From contig JAZLBT010000015.1 of NCBI GenBank assembly GCA_045613865.1, forward strand, positions 42,913-106,912: a stretch of 64,000 bases of DNA, written 5' to 3'. The DNA is from Candidatus Spyradenecus sp. GTDB lineage: Bacteria; Verrucomicrobiota; Kiritimatiellia; RFP12; DVOR01. Of this stretch, positions 1 to 8,582 are shown in pieces (the first letter of the stretch is position 1; each line of letters starts with the position of its first letter). The notes under the pieces were generated by a model. That model saw only the letters and a list, made by a program, of their open reading frames with translations, was not told where the DNA came from and did not search any database. Both the position numbers and the translations under genes were made by a program.

Positions 1-1328
1 ATGGCACTGTAGATCACATCAGCTATACATGGACCGCAGAACAAATTCCTTCTGTTGCAAACGAACGTGCACTTCCTGAAGCCATCCACTATCTTCCTTC
101 CGTCGTATATGCATGGAAGAGCGCAGATGAAGCTGTTTCACTTCCTTTAATCTACAAGCAAATTGATGCGTTGATGAAGGATGCTCGCAAGAGCGATCTC
201 ATCGAATCGATTGCTGAATCGATTGAGAATAGCGTTGATTCGGATGATGATGAAGCATTATTGCGTGCAACCATTGATTTTGTTGCACAGAAGATTCGCA
301 CCGTTGGTCCTGCATGGCATTCGCTTACCACCAATACCTTCTCGAACCCTGAGACTGTTTACAACGATGGCTATGGCAATCGTATGGACGTTCTCTTGTT
401 GAAGTATGCCATCTTGCGTGAACTTGGTATTGATTGCGACATTGTCTTTGCTTGCGTCTACTCCGATATTGAGTTGAACACAAAACATAGCGCAAACTAT
501 CTTGTAAAGGAAATGCCGCGTTGGTCGATGTGGTCAACCCCCTACATTCAACTTGAAGATGGTCGTTGCATTGGCGACGAAGGCGAATTTGATATGCCTG
601 GTGTTAGCATGCTCGAAGATGGTATGCTCTACACCCGTAAAGGTCACAAGCACTTCAAGCAACTTGATCGTCTTGCAAATAATGTTGAATCCGTTCGCAC
701 CTATGTGATTAATAGCGATGGCGATGCCATCATCACTGAGCAGCGCATCCTCTCGGGTGTTGTTGCAGGTCTCATGCGTCGTACAAAGCGCGATTTCACA
801 CCTGAAACCTATCGCCGTACCGCGTTGGCAGAAGTTGAAGCTCTCGCGCCTTCTGCAAAGCCTAACTGCCTCTATTTCATTGGTTCAAGCTATCCAACGG
901 AAACGCGTGTTTCGGCAGAGGCTCTCTCCTACGCCAACATTCAGGGTGACATCATGAGCATTCCTGTTGCGAACTTCGTCGGCCAAGTCTATGGCTTGCG
1001 TGGAACAAAGCGCACCAATCCGATTTGGCAGAGCGCCTCTAAGGAAGAAAAGCACGTCCTCGAATTCTGGTTGCCTGCAGATGTTGAAATCATCTCTGGT
1101 CCAGAACCCTTCGAAATGGAACTCCCTGGCGGTGGCTTCATTACGCTCACACGCAATGTCTTCACCTCCGACAACGGTTTCACGCGCATTACCTATACCC
1201 TCACCCACAGCGCTCAGCCAGCAATGCTCGAAAATTGGCAGTTCTCCTCGCTCATTGAATTTGATCGCAATCTTATTGCACCGACGATGAGCACGTTGAA
1301 CATCCGCTTGCCGAAACAAAAGAAGTGA
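1..1328 (+). CDS. Hypothetical protein, 5'-partial (reading frame is open from nt 3, so the gene starts upstream of the window). The central segment GYGNRMDVLLLKYAILRELGIDCDIVFA resembles a transglutaminase-like core but lacks the catalytic Cys.
   Basis: Frame 3 has no stop codon from nt 3 to the TGA at 1326-1328. The ORF is long with coding-like composition. The transglutaminase-like resemblance is recall of the family pattern G.C.D.A.L..lLRa.GIpAR.V, with Cys replaced here. Confidence 0.5.
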   Translation, partial: GTVDHISYTWTAEQIPSVANERALPEAIHYLPSVVYAWKSADEAVSLPLIYKQIDALMKDARKSDLIESIAESIENSVDSDDDEALLRATIDFVAQKIRTVGPAWHSLTTNTFSNPETVYNDGYGNRMDVLLLKYAILRELGIDCDIVFACVYSDIELNTKHSANYLVKEMPRWSMWSTPYIQLEDGRCIGDEGEFDMPGVSMLEDGMLYTRKGHKHFKQLDRLANNVESVRTYVINSDGDAIITEQRILSGVVAGLMRRTKRDFTPETYRRTALAEVEALAPSAKPNCLYFIGSSYPTETRVSAEALSYANIQGDIMSIPVANFVGQVYGLRGTKRTNPIWQSASKEEKHVLEFWLPADVEIISGPEPFEMELPGGGFITLTRNVFTSDNGFTRITYTLTHSAQPAMLENWQFSSLIEFDRNLIAPTMSTLNIRLPKQKK

Positions 1329-1335
1329 GTTAATT

Positions 1336-2400
1336 ATGACACGCACCATCTTAGCGATTGAAAGTTCTTGTGATGAAACCGCCGCGGCAATTGTTCGTGG
1401 CGGGAATGAGGTACTCTCTTCCATCATCTACTCACAAGTTCCTCTTCATCAGCCCTATGGTGGTGTTGTGCCAGAAATTGCTTCTCGCTCACATATCGAG
1501 AAGATTCGTTCGATTATTGAGCAAGCTGTTCGCGAAGCCTTCCCCAACGATCCTGATCCATGGCAAAAGATTGATGCCATCGCTGCAACGCGTGGCCCAG
1601 GTCTTGCAGCCTCCTTGCTCGTTGGGTGGAGCGCGGCGAAAGGTCTTGCTCTCGCGTTGAATAAGCAACTCTTGCCCATTAATCATATTCACGCGCACTT
1701 ACATTCTGTCTATCTCGACAAACCAGAACCACCTCAACCTACGGACTATCCGCAACTTGCTCTCGCAGTTAGCGGAGGACATACGTGCATCCTTCATGCA
1801 GATGCTCCTCACCAATGGCAACTTCTCGGACAAACCATTGATGATGCCGCTGGCGAAGCGCTCGATAAGGCCGCAAAACTTCTCGATCTTGGTTATCCCG
1901 GCGGCCCAATCATCGACAAACGCGCGAAGCAGATTCCCGTTGAAGCACGTAAAACAATTCCCTTTCCCCAGGGTCGTATCAACCCTGACCACCCCCTACC
2001 CCCTGGGCTTAACGCGGACTTATGCCTCAGCTTTAGTGGTCTCAAAACCTCCCTTCTCACCTATTTGCAAAAACATCCGCCACAAGATGACGCAACGATT
2101 GACCTTATCTGCGCATGCTATCAAGAATCCATTGTGGATGCCATTGCAAAACGTCTAGAAAAAGCCATCCGCGCACGTCGATATAAGACGCTCGTCGTTG
2201 GTGGAGGCGTCTCCTTAAATAGTCGTTTACGCGAAGTTTTAACAACACTTGCAGAGAAGTATCGCGTTCGCTTACTTCTAGCAGCGCCCAAGTATTGTGG
2301 CGATAATGCGGCAATGATTGCGGGACTTGCCGCCGTCGGAGGTGCGGAACAAACCGATGCTCCGCTCTCACTCGATATTGACCCCTCAATGGAAATCTAA
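1336..2400 (+). CDS. tsaD: tRNA N6-adenosine threonylcarbamoyltransferase TsaD (Kae1/YgjD family)
   Basis: N-terminal ILAIESSCDETAAAIV and the internal HIEKIRS and LGYPGGPIIDK segments are hallmark TsaD segments, and the 354-aa length is typical. Confidence 0.9.
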   Translation: MTRTILAIESSCDETAAAIVRGGNEVLSSIIYSQVPLHQPYGGVVPEIASRSHIEKIRSIIEQAVREAFPNDPDPWQKIDAIAATRGPGLAASLLVGWSAAKGLALALNKQLLPINHIHAHLHSVYLDKPEPPQPTDYPQLALAVSGGHTCILHADAPHQWQLLGQTIDDAAGEALDKAAKLLDLGYPGGPIIDKRAKQIPVEARKTIPFPQGRINPDHPLPPGLNADLCLSFSGLKTSLLTYLQKHPPQDDATIDLICACYQESIVDAIAKRLEKAIRARRYKTLVVGGGVSLNSRLREVLTTLAEKYRVRLLLAAPKYCGDNAAMIAGLAAVGGAEQTDAPLSLDIDPSMEI

Positions 2401-2533
2401 ATTCCGCTTGTAATTTCTCGGCTAATAAGGTATCCTATTTAGTCAATGGTCACAAAAGACCAACTGTGAAGTTTTCAAAGTCGTGGATCACTTCACACCC
2501 ACAACCCTCACGACAACGTTAGGATATATCCAA

Positions 2534-3025
2534 ATGGATATTTATGTTGGCAATCTTGCCTACGCAACTACCAGCGAAACCCTTCGTGCTGCTTTTGCAG
2601 CCTTCGGCGAAGTCGCTTCGGCAGAAGTCAAAACCGATCGCATGAGCGGTCGTTCTAAAGGCTTTGGTTTCGTTGAAATGCCCAATCCAGAAGAGGCAAA
2701 TGCCGCCATTGCTGCGCTCAATGAATCCGAGCTCGATGGCCGTAACATTCGTGTGAACGAATCGAATCCCCAAGCACGTGATAGCCGTCCGCCTCGCCGT
2801 GGTGGTTTTGATCGTGGTCCTCGTCGTGAAGGTGGTCGCGGTGGCTTCGGTGGCGGCCGTGGTGGGTTTGGAGGAGAACGTCGCTCCTTTGGCGATCGTC
2901 GTGAAGGTGGTCGTGGTGGTTTCGGCGGTGGCCCTCGTCGCGAAGGTGGCCGTCCGGGTGGTCGCGGTGGCTTCGGTCGTCCGCGTCGTGAAAAGAGTGA
3001 TGTGCCTCGCGAATCGAAGTGGTAA
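2534..3025 (+). CDS. RRM-domain RNA-binding protein with a C-terminal Gly/Arg-rich (RGG) tail
   Basis: IYVGNL (RNP2) and KGFGFVEM (RNP1) motifs are present. The C-terminal 75 aa is made of GGRGGFGG and RREGG repeats. The likely start is the internal ATG at 2534 (MDIYVGNL); the ORF track starts at 2483. Confidence 0.8.
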   Translation: MDIYVGNLAYATTSETLRAAFAAFGEVASAEVKTDRMSGRSKGFGFVEMPNPEEANAAIAALNESELDGRNIRVNESNPQARDSRPPRRGGFDRGPRREGGRGGFGGGRGGFGGERRSFGDRREGGRGGFGGGPRREGGRPGGRGGFGRPRREKSDVPRESKW

Positions 3026-3054
3026 GCCCTGTAAATTCCACGATTCAAAAAGAC

Positions 3055-3090
3055 GAAAAAAGACATGCTTTCACGCATGTCTTTTTTCAT
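3055..3090 (+). terminator. Rho-independent terminator after the RRM gene
   Basis: Stem AAAAAGACATGC, loop TTTCAC, stem GCATGTCTTTTT, followed by a T-run (TTCATTT). Confidence 0.6.
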
Positions 3091-3108
3091 TTAAATCACA
3101 CCTCAATC

Positions 3109-3462
3109 TCAATAATATTTCACACGATATCGACCAAAACAGCAAAAGATTGTGAGCACTTCAAGCTCTGCATAACGGAGCGGCATTCCTTGGTCTATCT
3201 GTTTGGGAGACAAGCATTTATTGTTCCATGCAATGTCGATACGAGGCTGTGGCCAAAAGAAGTAAAAATTCTCGTTTTCTGCAATTGGAAAAGCGGTAGG
3301 ATCACACGCCTTAACGTCAAGTGTCAAAGGGACTGTATAGCTTGTTAAGAACCACCCTGTCGACGGTTTTAATGGTGCATCAAAGAAATTTGCGCACCCT
3401 GTAAAAAGGACGCAACTCAACATGCAAAGCACGATTAAAAAACATCGAGACTTATTTACCAT
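3109..3462 (-). CDS. Small lipoprotein, divergent TRL-like family member, tandem paralog of the next gene
   Basis: Signal peptide with lipobox LFTGC. The N-terminal half (FLTSYTVPLTLDVKA) parallels the neighbouring paralog, and the protein ends in an aromatic/Tyr-rich C-terminus. Confidence 0.4.
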   Translation of the reverse strand: MVNKSRCFLIVLCMLSCVLFTGCANFFDAPLKPSTGWFLTSYTVPLTLDVKACDPTAFPIAENENFYFFWPQPRIDIAWNNKCLSPKQIDQGMPLRYAELEVLTIFCCFGRYRVKYY

Positions 3463-3787
3463 AAACCCTCACGGTCGTCGATTGATAGAGACCAAAGAAG
3501 CTAAAGTTTTCGTAATCTGCAAAAACGATTGTCTTGAGGTCTCCATTTCTTGCCGCAGTGTAAAGACTACAGTCTCCAATTGCAAAAAGACCACAGATAT
3601 TGGTTGTTGATGCAGTACCAACACGCAATTCATCCACTGGCGTATCATTAAACTCTGTTGAGAGTGGCGCAACTGTTGCCGTGAGTAGCATCGCTTGCGA
3701 AGGAACAAAAGGTGCGCGAGGTCCTGTTGCACAGCCTGTAAAACCCAATGTTAGTATAAGACAAAATATCCACAATCCACATTTCAT
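3452..3787 (-). CDS. Small lipoprotein of the TRL-like family (PF13146-like pattern)
   Basis: Lipobox GFTGC. The segment LLTATVAPLS...NICGLFAIGDCSLYTAARNGDLKTIVFADYENFSFFGLYQSTTVRVYG matches my recollection of the TRL-like signature (T.V.aPL, ilGL.a.GD.S, aA.kngGI.kI, ilG.Y). It overlaps the 5' end of the 3109..3462 gene by 11 nt. Confidence 0.5.
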   Translation of the reverse strand: MKCGLWIFCLILTLGFTGCATGPRAPFVPSQAMLLTATVAPLSTEFNDTPVDELRVGTASTTNICGLFAIGDCSLYTAARNGDLKTIVFADYENFSFFGLYQSTTVRVYGK

Positions 3788-3969
3788 AGCAATCCTCTTT
3801 TCATTTCGTTAAAGTTCAATTTATTAATAACAAACCCGCGTCAATGAGTCAAGACAAATTAAACGATCATTCTCTAATCTCTCCGAAAAGTAAATCGTAA
3901 AAGCATCGTTGTTTCGCTTCCCATTCAATTTAATAAAGATTATTACAAATTCTTAACTTCAAGTTTTAA

Positions 3970-4140
3970 ACCATTTTGTACTATTTGGGGTGACGAATAA
4001 ATTATTGCGGGCAAATACTTTATTTCGACAAACTTTCGACTGAAAAAAGTATAGTACAAACGGTATTGAAATGTACTATTACCCGACCGCAAAAAGCTAT
4101 TCCCCTAAATCATTTCTGCCGCAAAATTCATAGTACAAAA
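3970..4140. promoter_or_regulatory. Cluster of four copies of the 8-mer TGTACTAT/ATAGTACA in alternating orientation in an AT-rich intergenic region
   Basis: TGTACTAT at 3977-3984 and 4072-4079; its reverse complement ATAGTACA at 4051-4058 and 4130-4137. The cluster lies between the divergent TRL-like lipoprotein operon and folP. Confidence 0.35.
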
Positions 4141-4218
4141 TAAGTTAATTTGATATCTTAACATCTCCTCAATGCTTCAAAATCAAACCACATGAAATGG
4201 CAAATAAAACATGGCACG

Positions 4219-4305
4219 TTTGGGATTCAAACAGGGCGACTTTGCGATTCAAACAGGGCGACTTTGGGATTCAAACAGGGCGAGTTTGAGATTCAAACAG
4301 AGCGC
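4219..4305. repeat. Four tandem 22-bp direct repeats (TTTGGGATTCAAACAGGGCGAC)
   Basis: Units start at 4219, 4241, 4263 and 4285, with an exact 22-bp period. Three units are near-identical and the fourth is degenerate (TTTGAGATTCAAACAGAGCGCG). The array is about 165 bp upstream of folP. Confidence 0.85.
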
Positions 4306-4469
4306 GTTTAAAACGAGGCAGTTATAAACAACTTGTCAACAAGCAAAATCTACTTGGTTTGAGTGTCTCATTTTGTTTAATTTTTATTCTTGTATCGTTA
4401 ATACCTATTTTATATTTATTATTTTTATGTTATAATTAAGATAGTTTACGACGTTTTGGAGTTTGGTTT

Positions 4470-5267
4470 ATGAAGTTATGGAAATGTGCTCATTTGACGG
4501 TAAGGCTTGATCGGCCTTTGCTGATGGGTATTATTAACGTAACACCAGATTCGTTTGTTGCAGCAAGTCGTGTTGCCGATATTGAACACGCACTTGAACG
4601 CGCGGCACAAATGGTTGCTGCAGGGGTAGACATTCTTGATGTCGGCGGTGAATCAACGCGACCTGGTGCAACACCTTTGGATGCAACGCTTGAATGTGAT
4701 CGTGTTGTACCTGTCATTGAAGCATTACATCAAACATTCCCCAATGTGCTCATCTCCGTGGATACGTACAAAACGCGTGTAGCAAAGGCGGCGCTTGAGG
4801 CAGGCGCCGTGATTGTCAACGATGTTCACGGCTGTCAACCTGATGAAGGAATGTGGGAGTTTATCGTTCAGTCAGGTGCAGGGTATGTGTTGATGCATTC
4901 GCGTGGAGATGCCCAGACAATGGATGGATGTTGTGATTATACTTCTGTTGTCGATGATGTTTATTCTACACTTGCTTCTGCCGGTGCACAGTTAGAGGCT
5001 TTAGGGGCTGCGCGTGAACAGATCGTTGTAGATGTCGGATTTGGATTTGCGAAAACGGCAAAGGATTGTATTGCATTGATGGAGGCAACGGAGCGTTTTG
5101 CAACGTTACCTTATGGTCTCTTGGCGGGCGTCTCAAAGAAGCGTTTCTTATCATTGGTCGACACGGATGAGGATGCAACGGTGTGGGCGTCAAAGCGTTT
5201 GATTGCTTTGGGAACGAATATTGTTCGCGTGCATGATGTTGAGGCGATGGCTCGAGTTTTGGGATGA
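4470..5267 (+). CDS. folP: Dihydropteroate synthase
   Basis: MGIINVTPDSF, DILDVGGESTRPGA and the pterin-binding fold pattern are typical of FolP; the length is 265 aa. Confidence 0.85.
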   Translation: MKLWKCAHLTVRLDRPLLMGIINVTPDSFVAASRVADIEHALERAAQMVAAGVDILDVGGESTRPGATPLDATLECDRVVPVIEALHQTFPNVLISVDTYKTRVAKAALEAGAVIVNDVHGCQPDEGMWEFIVQSGAGYVLMHSRGDAQTMDGCCDYTSVVDDVYSTLASAGAQLEALGAAREQIVVDVGFGFAKTAKDCIALMEATERFATLPYGLLAGVSKKRFLSLVDTDEDATVWASKRLIALGTNIVRVHDVEAMARVLG

Positions 5268-6118
5268 TTGGAAGGATTGATGGGATGTTTGATTCATGGG
5301 TAACGAATGTTCTTGATATTTTTCAAGTTTACTTGTTGACGATGGGCGTCTATTGGGTGCTCAAGTTTTTACGTGGCACACGCGCTGCGCAAATGTTAAT
5401 TGGCGTTGGCGGTCTCTTTTTATCGATTTACTTTTTAACCATCGTTTTGGATCTCGATGTATTACGCGAAATTTTGCGTTGGTCATCGATTTTCTTCTTG
5501 TTAGCACTTTTGGTGGTCTTCCATCCAGAGATTCGTCGCGCGTTGTCAATCTTAGGGCGTAACACAACCATTCAATTGCTTCAGGGAAATATTCCTGAAA
5601 CACCAATTGAACGTATTATTCGCATTGCCCGTTCATTAGCCAATGCGCGTTTAGGTGCATTGATTGCCTTGGAACGAACAGTATCGCTAGAACGTTGGGC
5701 GGAATCAGGGATTGCGCTTGATGCATTAGTCAGCGAGGAGTTGTTAACAACAATCTTTACGCCGCCTTTACCATTGCATGATGGTGGCGCAATTATTCGT
5801 GGTGAACGTTTGGTCGCAGCACATTGTATTTTCCCTATCGACAACGAGGAGTCTGTTCACGGTGCGGGGATGCGCCACCGTGCGGCACTCTCGCTTTCAA
5901 CAGAGTGTGATGCCATTATTCTTGTTGTTTCTGAAGAGCGTGGTCAAGTTTCAATCGCGCGTGAAGGCGCACTCTTAAGAAATTTATCAGACCATCAATT
6001 ACGGAGTATTCTTGAAACACATTTGGCGCCTCAGCATTCAAAGTATTATCACTTGCCGTGGTATTTGCGCCCTATTGCATTTTTGATTCGTCGCCCAAAG
6101 AAGGAGGGTGATAAATGA
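5264..6118 (+). CDS. cdaA: Diadenylate cyclase CdaA (c-di-AMP synthase, DAC domain) with an N-terminal membrane anchor
   Basis: Three predicted N-terminal TM helices. DAC-domain motifs GALIALER and PLHDGGAIIRG, and RHRAALSLS, are present. The start overlaps the folP stop (ATGA). Confidence 0.85.
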   Translation: MIGRIDGMFDSWVTNVLDIFQVYLLTMGVYWVLKFLRGTRAAQMLIGVGGLFLSIYFLTIVLDLDVLREILRWSSIFFLLALLVVFHPEIRRALSILGRNTTIQLLQGNIPETPIERIIRIARSLANARLGALIALERTVSLERWAESGIALDALVSEELLTTIFTPPLPLHDGGAIIRGERLVAAHCIFPIDNEESVHGAGMRHRAALSLSTECDAIILVVSEERGQVSIAREGALLRNLSDHQLRSILETHLAPQHSKYYHLPWYLRPIAFLIRRPKKEGDK

Positions 6119-7215
6119 GTTTTTCAACATTCTTTTCTCACAGCTATCAAGCGAGCGTGCGGTTTTTACGTTGGCTTCTTAGAGATTGGCCGTGGAAGCT
6201 TGTAGCCTTGGGGATTGGACTTTTTCTCTTTTTCAGTATCCGTCAAACAGTGAGCCATACACAAACCTTAAGTTTGATGGTTGAGGCGGATTTAACGGAT
6301 GGTGCACACGCATTACGCGGATTCTCGCCAGCGGCAGTGCGCGTAACGTTTCGTGGTTCTGAATCTGAAATTCGCCGTTTATCGTTGCGAGGGAGTGAAC
6401 CGCCTCGTGTAACCGTGCGTTTGCAACAACCCCCCGCAGGGCAAACGCAAGTGCCCGTAACCTTAACGCGTCGAAACGTATTGGTTGATGGAGATTTGCA
6501 TATTGTCTCGGTTGAGCCAGCACAGGTGGTTGCCGAATATGACACAAGTGAAACGCGTTATTTCAATGTCGAAACGCCGCTTGTTCACGGCGAAACAGAA
6601 ACAACAAAGTTTAGTGTCACGCTTGATCCTGGTTATGTTGAGGTTACAGGTCCACGCGAACGCCTTGATGAGCTTGTCGAACAGTCGATTGAATTACCCA
6701 CAGAACCCATTGAAGCGATTGGCCGCACGGAAGATTTCTCGGTTGTATTACGCGTTCAACCGCCAGATTCTCGTTCGAGTTGGACGGTGAGTCCAGCAAC
6801 GGTTCGTGCAGATGTGAAGGTTTTACGCGATGCAAGTAAACGAGACTTTGATCGTGTGGGCGTGCGCGTCTTACAATCTGCAGAGGGGCAGACGTATCAA
6901 TTAAAGCCTGAAACAATTAAGCTCACAATCGAAGGCGTTAAAGAAGAGTTAGACGCCATTCTTGCTGAATCGCTGCTCGCGGTCGTTGAGCCACCGCAAA
7001 TTGCTAACACCACGGAGCAAGATGATGCGCCCATTTATGTTAAGCCGAACCTGATTTTCCCTTATAATCGTCGTGTGAAGTCCATTGAGATGACGCCAAG
7101 CGTTGTACAGTTGATTCCAGATAAACCTCGCGAGCAGCCCAAAGGCGCGCAGGAGGATGTAAGTCCCGTTGCGGAATCGACCAATGAGACAAGCGAGAGG
7201 AGTGATGTAAAATGA
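6115..7215 (+). CDS. cdaR: CdaR-like regulator of CdaA (YbbR-repeat protein), membrane-anchored
   Basis: One N-terminal TM helix followed by repeated beta-rich modules of about 90 aa. It sits immediately downstream of cdaA with an ATGA start/stop overlap, the conserved cdaA-cdaR arrangement. Confidence 0.5.
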   Translation: MSFSTFFSHSYQASVRFLRWLLRDWPWKLVALGIGLFLFFSIRQTVSHTQTLSLMVEADLTDGAHALRGFSPAAVRVTFRGSESEIRRLSLRGSEPPRVTVRLQQPPAGQTQVPVTLTRRNVLVDGDLHIVSVEPAQVVAEYDTSETRYFNVETPLVHGETETTKFSVTLDPGYVEVTGPRERLDELVEQSIELPTEPIEAIGRTEDFSVVLRVQPPDSRSSWTVSPATVRADVKVLRDASKRDFDRVGVRVLQSAEGQTYQLKPETIKLTIEGVKEELDAILAESLLAVVEPPQIANTTEQDDAPIYVKPNLIFPYNRRVKSIEMTPSVVQLIPDKPREQPKGAQEDVSPVAESTNETSERSDVK

Positions 7216-8582
7216 AAATGTTACCAATGAAATATCGTTGGTTTACTTGTGCATTTTTTGCATGTGTGCTCGCAATTGTTGCTGCGATTTTGACAGATGC
7301 ATTTCTTGCACATTGGATTCCTAATCCCGATTTCTCTCATTGGGGTGAAGCCCCTTTAACAGAGCGTAGTCAACATATTCTTGATACAACACAGGGACAT
7401 GTTCAGGCGACGGCAATCTTTTCGAAAGATTCACCCATTAGCATTCCCGCAGGTCGTCTTCTTCGCACCTTTGCACAGGTGGCAAAAAAAGGCGGCTCGA
7501 TGGAGATGCAATTAAGTTATATTGATCCGCGTATTGATCTTGCCGGAGCTGCGCGCCTTAAAACGTTAGGCGCAAAGGGCGAAGGCGTCTTTTTGCAGCA
7601 CGCTGGTCAATCAACGTTTATCCCCTCTGAACATCTTTGTAATGGCGAAGGCTTATTCCATCTCGCAGAGGCAGAAGAATCGATCGCCGCAGGCATTCAT
7701 CGTTTGACACGTGGGTCTATTAAGGTCGGTTGGTTAACAGGTCATAATGAACCCTCTTACACAAATGCGGATTTGCTCAGTGGTCTCTCTGGCTTTGCTC
7801 GACTTTTACAAAACCAAGGCTATGTCATTGAGCCAGTGACCATTGACACACTCAATGCTGAAGCACCCATTCCACACGACATTCGCATTCTCTTTGTTGT
7901 TGCACCACAACTTCCACTTACCACAGATGAAAGTGCAATTCTTTTTGACTGGGTAAATGATGGCGGTCGTTTATTCTGTGCGTTACCAGCAAAGGATGAT
8001 GGTGGCATTGCTCCGCTTGCAGAACGTTGGGGAATTGAAATTGGGCATCAACCGATTCAACCTGTTCAAATCGACATGAATGGCGCAGGTCTCACGCGTT
8101 CACTTTCCAAAACACATCCTATTACACACGAATTTGACGATTCCGTAATAATGACATTTGTTGCGCCTCGCGCACTCGTCTATTCGCAAATCCAACAGAT
8201 GACGATTGAATCCATTGTTCAGATGCCCGATCGTCGCCAAGAAAAGGATGCGCGTTTACAAACAATTATGGCCGCCATTGAACGTGACGCCACGATGGGT
8301 GATGATTTAACATTGCGCACTGGCCGTATTCTCTTGTGCGGCGATGCACACTTCCTCGAAAATCGTTATCTCACACATTACGCAACGGCAAATCGCGAGC
8401 TTGTTGTTAATGCAATTTCTTGGTTGGGAGGCATTTCTACAGAAGGACAACAAAATGTGCTCAACATCCTTCGTGTTGCTCAAGACTCCAGAAGTTGGAG
8501 ATTGGACTTTCTTATGTTAGTGGGTGTTTATCCCCCTGTCTTTATCGTTCTTGTATGGTTGATTTTCCGGAGGCGCAAATGA
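7212..8582 (+). CDS. GldG-like protein (ABC-type uncharacterised transport system auxiliary component family)
   Basis: N-terminal and C-terminal TM helices flank a large extracytoplasmic domain. The C-terminal segment LLCGDAHFLENRYL...ANRELVVNAISWL resembles the GldG family signature (GDSDF..N). ATGA overlap with cdaR. Confidence 0.4.
   Translation: MKMLPMKYRWFTCAFFACVLAIVAAILTDAFLAHWIPNPDFSHWGEAPLTERSQHILDTTQGHVQATAIFSKDSPISIPAGRLLRTFAQVAKKGGSMEMQLSYIDPRIDLAGAARLKTLGAKGEGVFLQHAGQSTFIPSEHLCNGEGLFHLAEAEESIAAGIHRLTRGSIKVGWLTGHNEPSYTNADLLSGLSGFARLLQNQGYVIEPVTIDTLNAEAPIPHDIRILFVVAPQLPLTTDESAILFDWVNDGGRLFCALPAKDDGGIAPLAERWGIEIGHQPIQPVQIDMNGAGLTRSLSKTHPITHEFDDSVIMTFVAPRALVYSQIQQMTIESIVQMPDRRQEKDARLQTIMAAIERDATMGDDLTLRTGRILLCGDAHFLENRYLTHYATANRELVVNAISWLGGISTEGQQNVLNILRVAQDSRSWRLDFLMLVGVYPPVFIVLVWLIFRRRK

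Noticed and set aside
2560-3090. 176-aa minus-strand ORF encoding PPRPPGRPPSRR-type proline-rich repeats
   Set aside because: It is the exact antisense of the GGRGGFGG (RGG) tail of the RRM gene, a mirror artefact of a GC-rich repeat.
4219-4305. Possible CRISPR array (short direct repeats)
   Set aside because: The units are contiguous with a 22-bp period and no unique spacers, the repeats are too short, and there are no cas genes in the window. These are tandem direct repeats, not CRISPR.
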